DNA of 64,000 nucleotides, taken from positions 32,001-96,000 of IMG/VR virus record IMGVR_UViG_3300025617_000007; one strand, 5' to 3'. This DNA is from a virus. This document shows positions 59,955 to 64,000 of this stretch, one piece after another. Position 1 is the first letter of the stretch. Each line of letters starts with the position of its first letter. The notes below the pieces were generated by a model. That model did not search any database. It was not told the origin of the DNA and was given only the letters and a program-made list of their open reading frames with translations. The position numbers and the translations under genes were made by a program.

Positions 59955-60333
59955 TACAAGTCCTGTATTAACAGACGAAAGAAAGAATTATTTGATTGAC
60001 ATTGATGGGACCATCACCGATGATGTACCCAACGAAGAACCTGAAAGAATGGTAACCTGTTTACCTTATAAAGGGTCCGTTGAGTTGATTAATGATTGGT
60101 ATAGTGAGGGTCACGTTATAACTTTTTTTACTTCAAGAACTGAAGAACATAGAAGAGTTACCGAAGAGTGGTTACAGAAACATGGATTCTTTTACCATAA
60201 TTTGTTAATGAACAAACCGAGAGGTGGAAATTATCATTGGATTGATAATCATATCGTAAGAGCAACACGATATAATGGTAAATGGACACCACTTACCGAA
60301 AAAGAAACTAAAATACAAGTATTTGACGATTAA
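59929..60333 (+). CDS. Small HAD-like phosphatase (capsule-biosynthesis-phosphatase-like)
   Basis: LIDIDGTI, FFTSR, MNKP and WIDN. Start uncertain because it overlaps dut. Confidence 0.75.
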   Translation: MDLVQLETNTSPVLTDERKNYLIDIDGTITDDVPNEEPERMVTCLPYKGSVELINDWYSEGHVITFFTSRTEEHRRVTEEWLQKHGFFYHNLLMNKPRGGNYHWIDNHIVRATRYNGKWTPLTEKETKIQVFDD

Positions 60334-62516
60334 TGATAACAATAGGATATAGCACAAAGAAAATAGACTCTGAATTTAGAGAGTATATCGAGAAATCATG
60401 TGGATTAAAAAACGTTGAGGTAATCCCATTTGAAAACCCTGGCACTCATTCATTGACCGAAGCATATAATATCATTCTTGAGAAATCGAGCAATGATATT
60501 GTTGTTTTATGTCATGATGACATCTACTTCGAGAAAAATAATTGGGGTAACAAAATATTAAAACATTTTAAAAGAAATCCTGAATACGGTATTATTGGTG
60601 CTGCTGGTTCCAAATATATGCCGAGAACGGGGATGTGGTGGGAAGTTCAATCCGAAATGATTGGTATTGTTAATCACGAACACGAAGGTAAAAAATGGAC
60701 ATCAAAATATAGTGAATCCAAAGGAAATAAATTAGACGATACTGTAATTGTTGACGGTCTTTTTATGGTGGTTAATAAACCAAATCTAAAGGTAAATTTT
60801 AATGAAGATGTTAAAGGGTTTCACTTTTACGAAGTAGATTTTTGTTTTAGGAACTTTTTAGAAGGTGTTAGAGTAGGTGTTTTTTATGACGTTAGGATTA
60901 CTCATAAATCTATCGGTATGACTAATGAACAGTGGGAGAAAAACCGGCAACAATTTGCTAAAACTTATAAAGATAATCTTCCTGTTTTATTACCCACATC
61001 ATTTACAAAAAAAGATGTTAAAAAGAATGAGCCATTAGTAACATTAGCAATGCCAATTTACAATTACGCAAAAAGATTAAACCCAACCCTACATTCTGTT
61101 TTTAATCAAGATTACACCAATTTTGAAATTACATTGGTGAATGATGGTTCTGATGATGAATATTGCTTAATGAAGTTGGATTCTTTAAAAGACCATGACT
61201 CAATTCGAGTTATACATAAAGAAAATACAGGAGTGTCTGATACTCGTAACCGAGCGGTTAAAGAGGGTAAAGGGGAATATATTTTACCTCTTGATGCTGA
61301 TGATATGATATTGCCAGGTTATCTTAAAACCGCAGTAAACATTATTAAGAACAATCCAAAGATTAGTCCCGTATATTGTGATACAATACACATTGGTGAG
61401 ATGCAAGGATTGGAAAAAAGACCTGAGTGGAGTAAAGACCAGCTTATGAGAGGTCCTTTCATCGTCAATAGTTCAATGTACTCTCGTGAATCATATGAGT
61501 ATGTGGGTGGGTACGATACCACACTTCAAGGTTGGGAGGACTATGATTTTTGGATTAGAATGTCAAAAGAAGGATATGAAGGTAAACATATACCAAAAGG
61601 GTTATTTGTTTATTTCCATCATGAAAAAGATGGTTCAGTATCGACTAAAGCAAATGAAAATCAACAAAAACTATACTCTGCAATTATGAATAAAAACTTT
61701 AACACCAAAAATACTTATACTTTTAATAATAGAGTAATAACACCTGATAATACAATGAATTGGGGTGATTTAGTACCATTTAATATAATTGATAATATAT
61801 TTGAACATAATATTAAAAAAGAAGATGTTTTTAATGTTAAACAACCTAACGGTAACTATAACATATATTCAACTGGTAGTGTTATGTTATTCACAAAACC
61901 AAACAGTATTGTTTGGGGGACAGGATGTATCGATAAGGGGATGATAGGTCAAAAACCGTCCAAAGTTTACGCAGTTAGAGGACCTTTAACTCGTGAAGAA
62001 CTTATTAAAAAAGGTATTGAATGTCCTGAAGTATATGGTGACCCGGCATTATTATATCCTCGTTTCTATAATCCTAAAGTTGAGAAGAAATATAAGTGGG
62101 GAATCATACCACACTATATAGAGTTTGAATCGTCAAGAGATAGGGAAGTCCTTAAAAACTTAGAAGAACAAGGAGTTAGAATCATTGATATCTGTTCAGG
62201 AGAAAAAGAGTTTATTAATGAGTTATTAGAAGTTGAAAATGTTCTATCATCTAGTCTACATGGATTAATAATGGCCGACGCGTACGGGATACCGAATGCG
62301 AGAGTTAACATATCAAATAAACTAATTGGTGGACATTTTAAATTTAAAGATTACTATTTATCTATTAATAGAAAAATAGATTTAGGTCTACAATTAAGTA
62401 AACACACTAAAATTAAAGATATTGAAAAACTATATTTTAATACCTCAATTGACTTTGATGGTGATAAATTAATTAACTCGTCCCCTTGGACTCAAAAAAA
62501 AATAACTTATGTATAA
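60333..62516 (+). CDS. Three-domain protein: GT2-like + GT2 glycosyltransferase + polysaccharide pyruvyltransferase
   Basis: Domain 1: VLCHDD, VDGLF, FHFYEVD. Domain 2: MPIYNY, VNDGS, PLDADD, EDYDFW. Domain 3: NWGD, STGS, VWGTG, AVRGPLT, GDPALL, IIPHY, SSSLHGLIMADAYGIP. Confidence 0.85.
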   Translation: MITIGYSTKKIDSEFREYIEKSCGLKNVEVIPFENPGTHSLTEAYNIILEKSSNDIVVLCHDDIYFEKNNWGNKILKHFKRNPEYGIIGAAGSKYMPRTGMWWEVQSEMIGIVNHEHEGKKWTSKYSESKGNKLDDTVIVDGLFMVVNKPNLKVNFNEDVKGFHFYEVDFCFRNFLEGVRVGVFYDVRITHKSIGMTNEQWEKNRQQFAKTYKDNLPVLLPTSFTKKDVKKNEPLVTLAMPIYNYAKRLNPTLHSVFNQDYTNFEITLVNDGSDDEYCLMKLDSLKDHDSIRVIHKENTGVSDTRNRAVKEGKGEYILPLDADDMILPGYLKTAVNIIKNNPKISPVYCDTIHIGEMQGLEKRPEWSKDQLMRGPFIVNSSMYSRESYEYVGGYDTTLQGWEDYDFWIRMSKEGYEGKHIPKGLFVYFHHEKDGSVSTKANENQQKLYSAIMNKNFNTKNTYTFNNRVITPDNTMNWGDLVPFNIIDNIFEHNIKKEDVFNVKQPNGNYNIYSTGSVMLFTKPNSIVWGTGCIDKGMIGQKPSKVYAVRGPLTREELIKKGIECPEVYGDPALLYPRFYNPKVEKKYKWGIIPHYIEFESSRDREVLKNLEEQGVRIIDICSGEKEFINELLEVENVLSSSLHGLIMADAYGIPNARVNISNKLIGGHFKFKDYYLSINRKIDLGLQLSKHTKIKDIEKLYFNTSIDFDGDKLINSSPWTQKKITYV

Positions 62517-63366
62517 TTTTAATTACCTCTTAAACAAGATAAAAAACTCTGAGTTCATTAAAGAACCTTTTGAACATTTGGATATTCGAAACTTTTTAAG
62601 TGACGAACACTTATCCATTTTAAAAAATAATAAACAAATACATTTTGAAGAGTGCTCTACTCAAGAGCAATTAAGGTCTAACCTAAACAGTAATGGGTTT
62701 ACTCCGACACCATTTCCTGGATGTACAACAAATGAAAACTTATATTTTTCACTACTTAAAGAAAATAAATTAAATCAAATACAAACTGAAGGGGATTCAG
62801 AAGGTGTCGGTATAGCATATGTTTTGAATAAGGTCAATGATGAATTTGTAAAATCTCTATTGAGATTTTTAAATGGTGAAGAGTTTCACAATACACTTAA
62901 AGAAAAGTTTAATATCACCGAACAGACTAGGGTAACCACGAAAATTCAAAAATATTTAACAGGTTATGAAATATCTCCACATCCTGATATTCGACAAAAA
63001 TCTTTAACATATCTATTAAATATCAATAAAGACAATCATAGTGAAAATGACCAAATACATACCGATTTATTATCATTAAAAGAAGATTATAAATTTATTT
63101 ATGATTATTGGGAGAAAAACCCAAGAGAAAATCGTGCATGGGTATCATGGAAATGGTGTGATATAAAAAAGACTATGAGGGAAAATAATAGTATTGTAAT
63201 TTTCAAACCTTCTAACTATTCGTTACACGCTATCAAGTTAAACTATGACCATAAGAAATATCAGAGAACACAAATATATGGTAACCTTATGTTTACTAAA
63301 CCAAAACAATATACACCACAAAAGATTGATAAATTTATTAAGATGATTAATGAAAGTAAAAAATAA
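62509..63366 (+). CDS. 2OG-Fe(II) oxygenase superfamily protein
   Basis: YEISPHPD (HxD), TYLLNIN, and distal SLHAI...QRTQI (His and Arg). Confidence 0.75.
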   Translation: MYNFNYLLNKIKNSEFIKEPFEHLDIRNFLSDEHLSILKNNKQIHFEECSTQEQLRSNLNSNGFTPTPFPGCTTNENLYFSLLKENKLNQIQTEGDSEGVGIAYVLNKVNDEFVKSLLRFLNGEEFHNTLKEKFNITEQTRVTTKIQKYLTGYEISPHPDIRQKSLTYLLNINKDNHSENDQIHTDLLSLKEDYKFIYDYWEKNPRENRAWVSWKWCDIKKTMRENNSIVIFKPSNYSLHAIKLNYDHKKYQRTQIYGNLMFTKPKQYTPQKIDKFIKMINESKK

Positions 63367-63943
63367 ACACATATATTTAATACACATAAATAAATGTGGA
63401 GGTACGTCAATGAAAGGTATTATGTCCAATAAAGACAATGTTACAATACCTAAAAATGATGATATTATTGAACTTAAGAAAAAAGATAAGTGGAAAAACT
63501 CAATTAAAGTTACAATAACACGTAATCCTTATCATCGGATACTTTCATTACATTCAATGTTAATAAGAGATGGAGTTGGAATCACTTTACAGGAGGTTAT
63601 TGATATAATTACTGATGATAGTATTAAATATAAAGTTAAAAATGGTGGACTAAATAAAGGAACTAAACAACATGTCAAAAGACACGGTTTACCAATGACT
63701 CACAAGCATTATGGTGTGGTTAATGAAGACTTGTCCTTGGATGTTGATTATGTATTTAAACTTGAGGAATTACATGACAAGTGGGATGAGTTTAAGGAAT
63801 TAACTGATATTCATTCAGAAATAGTGATACGTAATAAGTCAAATAACAAAAACGATATTACTATATTCAGTGGAGAACAAATTAAAAAAATTAACGAACA
63901 CTATTATAATGATTTTATTTGTTTTAAATATGAAATGATATGA
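63350..63943 (+). CDS. Sulfotransferase (Sulfotransfer_2-like)
   Basis: 5'-PSB loop IHINKCGGTS, 3'-PB motif TRNPYHRILS and C-terminal YYNDFICFKY. Confidence 0.8.
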   Translation: MKVKNKHIYLIHINKCGGTSMKGIMSNKDNVTIPKNDDIIELKKKDKWKNSIKVTITRNPYHRILSLHSMLIRDGVGITLQEVIDIITDDSIKYKVKNGGLNKGTKQHVKRHGLPMTHKHYGVVNEDLSLDVDYVFKLEELHDKWDEFKELTDIHSEIVIRNKSNNKNDITIFSGEQIKKINEHYYNDFICFKYEMI

Positions 63944-64000
63944 GATTAATAACAGGGAACGGATTAGTTGGGTCAGCATTAGATGGTGACGTTAAAATAT
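63940..64000 (+). CDS. Start of an NAD(P)-dependent epimerase/reductase, possibly GDP-L-fucose synthase-like (truncated by the window)
   Basis: MRLITGNGLVGSALDGDVKI has a Rossmann GxGLVGSA motif and overlaps the sulfotransferase stop (ATGA). Only 20 codons are visible. Confidence 0.55.
   Translation, partial: MRLITGNGLVGSALDGDVKI

Noticed and set aside
1196-63438. Numerous 60-170 aa ORFs nested in or antisense to long genes (for example 10423..10671, 31929..32447, 46507..46866)
   Set aside because: They lie fully within well-supported genes and have no motifs or start signals of their own.
1-64000. Stop-codon reassignment, as seen in some large Bacteroidota phages
   Set aside because: Long conserved genes are intact in code 11, and TAA, TGA and TAG all act as stops.

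Overview
The window is a gene-dense, AT-rich segment of a large contractile-tailed (T4-superfamily-like, probably jumbo) phage genome, read in standard code 11. I found no tRNA, rRNA, CRISPR array, integrase or transposase. From left to right it holds baseplate genes (two giant structural ORFs, gp6/J-like, gp25-like), a replication block (class Ia NrdA, NrdB with an N-terminal ATP-cone, DnaB, 5'-3' exonuclease, RecA/UvsX, gp32-like SSB) and a tail block (2178-aa hub with a GH73-like C-terminus, LysM/gp53-like, 1606-aa tube-fold protein with an OmpA-like insert, tape measure, gp51/gp26-like chaperones, tube, HAD phosphatase, sheath, gp15/gp14-like). Then come a SNF2 helicase, a Mn-type SOD fused to a nuclease-like domain, a gp13-like neck protein, family B DNA polymerase, a 1515-aa Pro/Thr-rich fibre and a LamG protein. 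The right end carries small probable head proteins, including a WYL protein, and a glycan-modification cluster (GT-B, GT2-GT2-pyruvyltransferase fusion, 2OG-Fe(II) oxygenase, sulfotransferase, start of an NDP-sugar epimerase/reductase) that runs off the window. A Bacteroidota host is inferred, not shown, from the ATP-cone NrdB, A-rich start regions without Shine-Dalgarno sites and TAnnTTT(A/G)-like promoters. The strongest leads are (1) a possible virion-glycosylation system pairing a mucin-like fibre with glycan enzymes, (2) a set of late-expressed enzymes carrying (I/L)xE protease-type leaders that may be packaged in the head, and (3) a recurrent TATTTAT late-promoter motif. All product calls come from motif recognition by eye; no database search was run.
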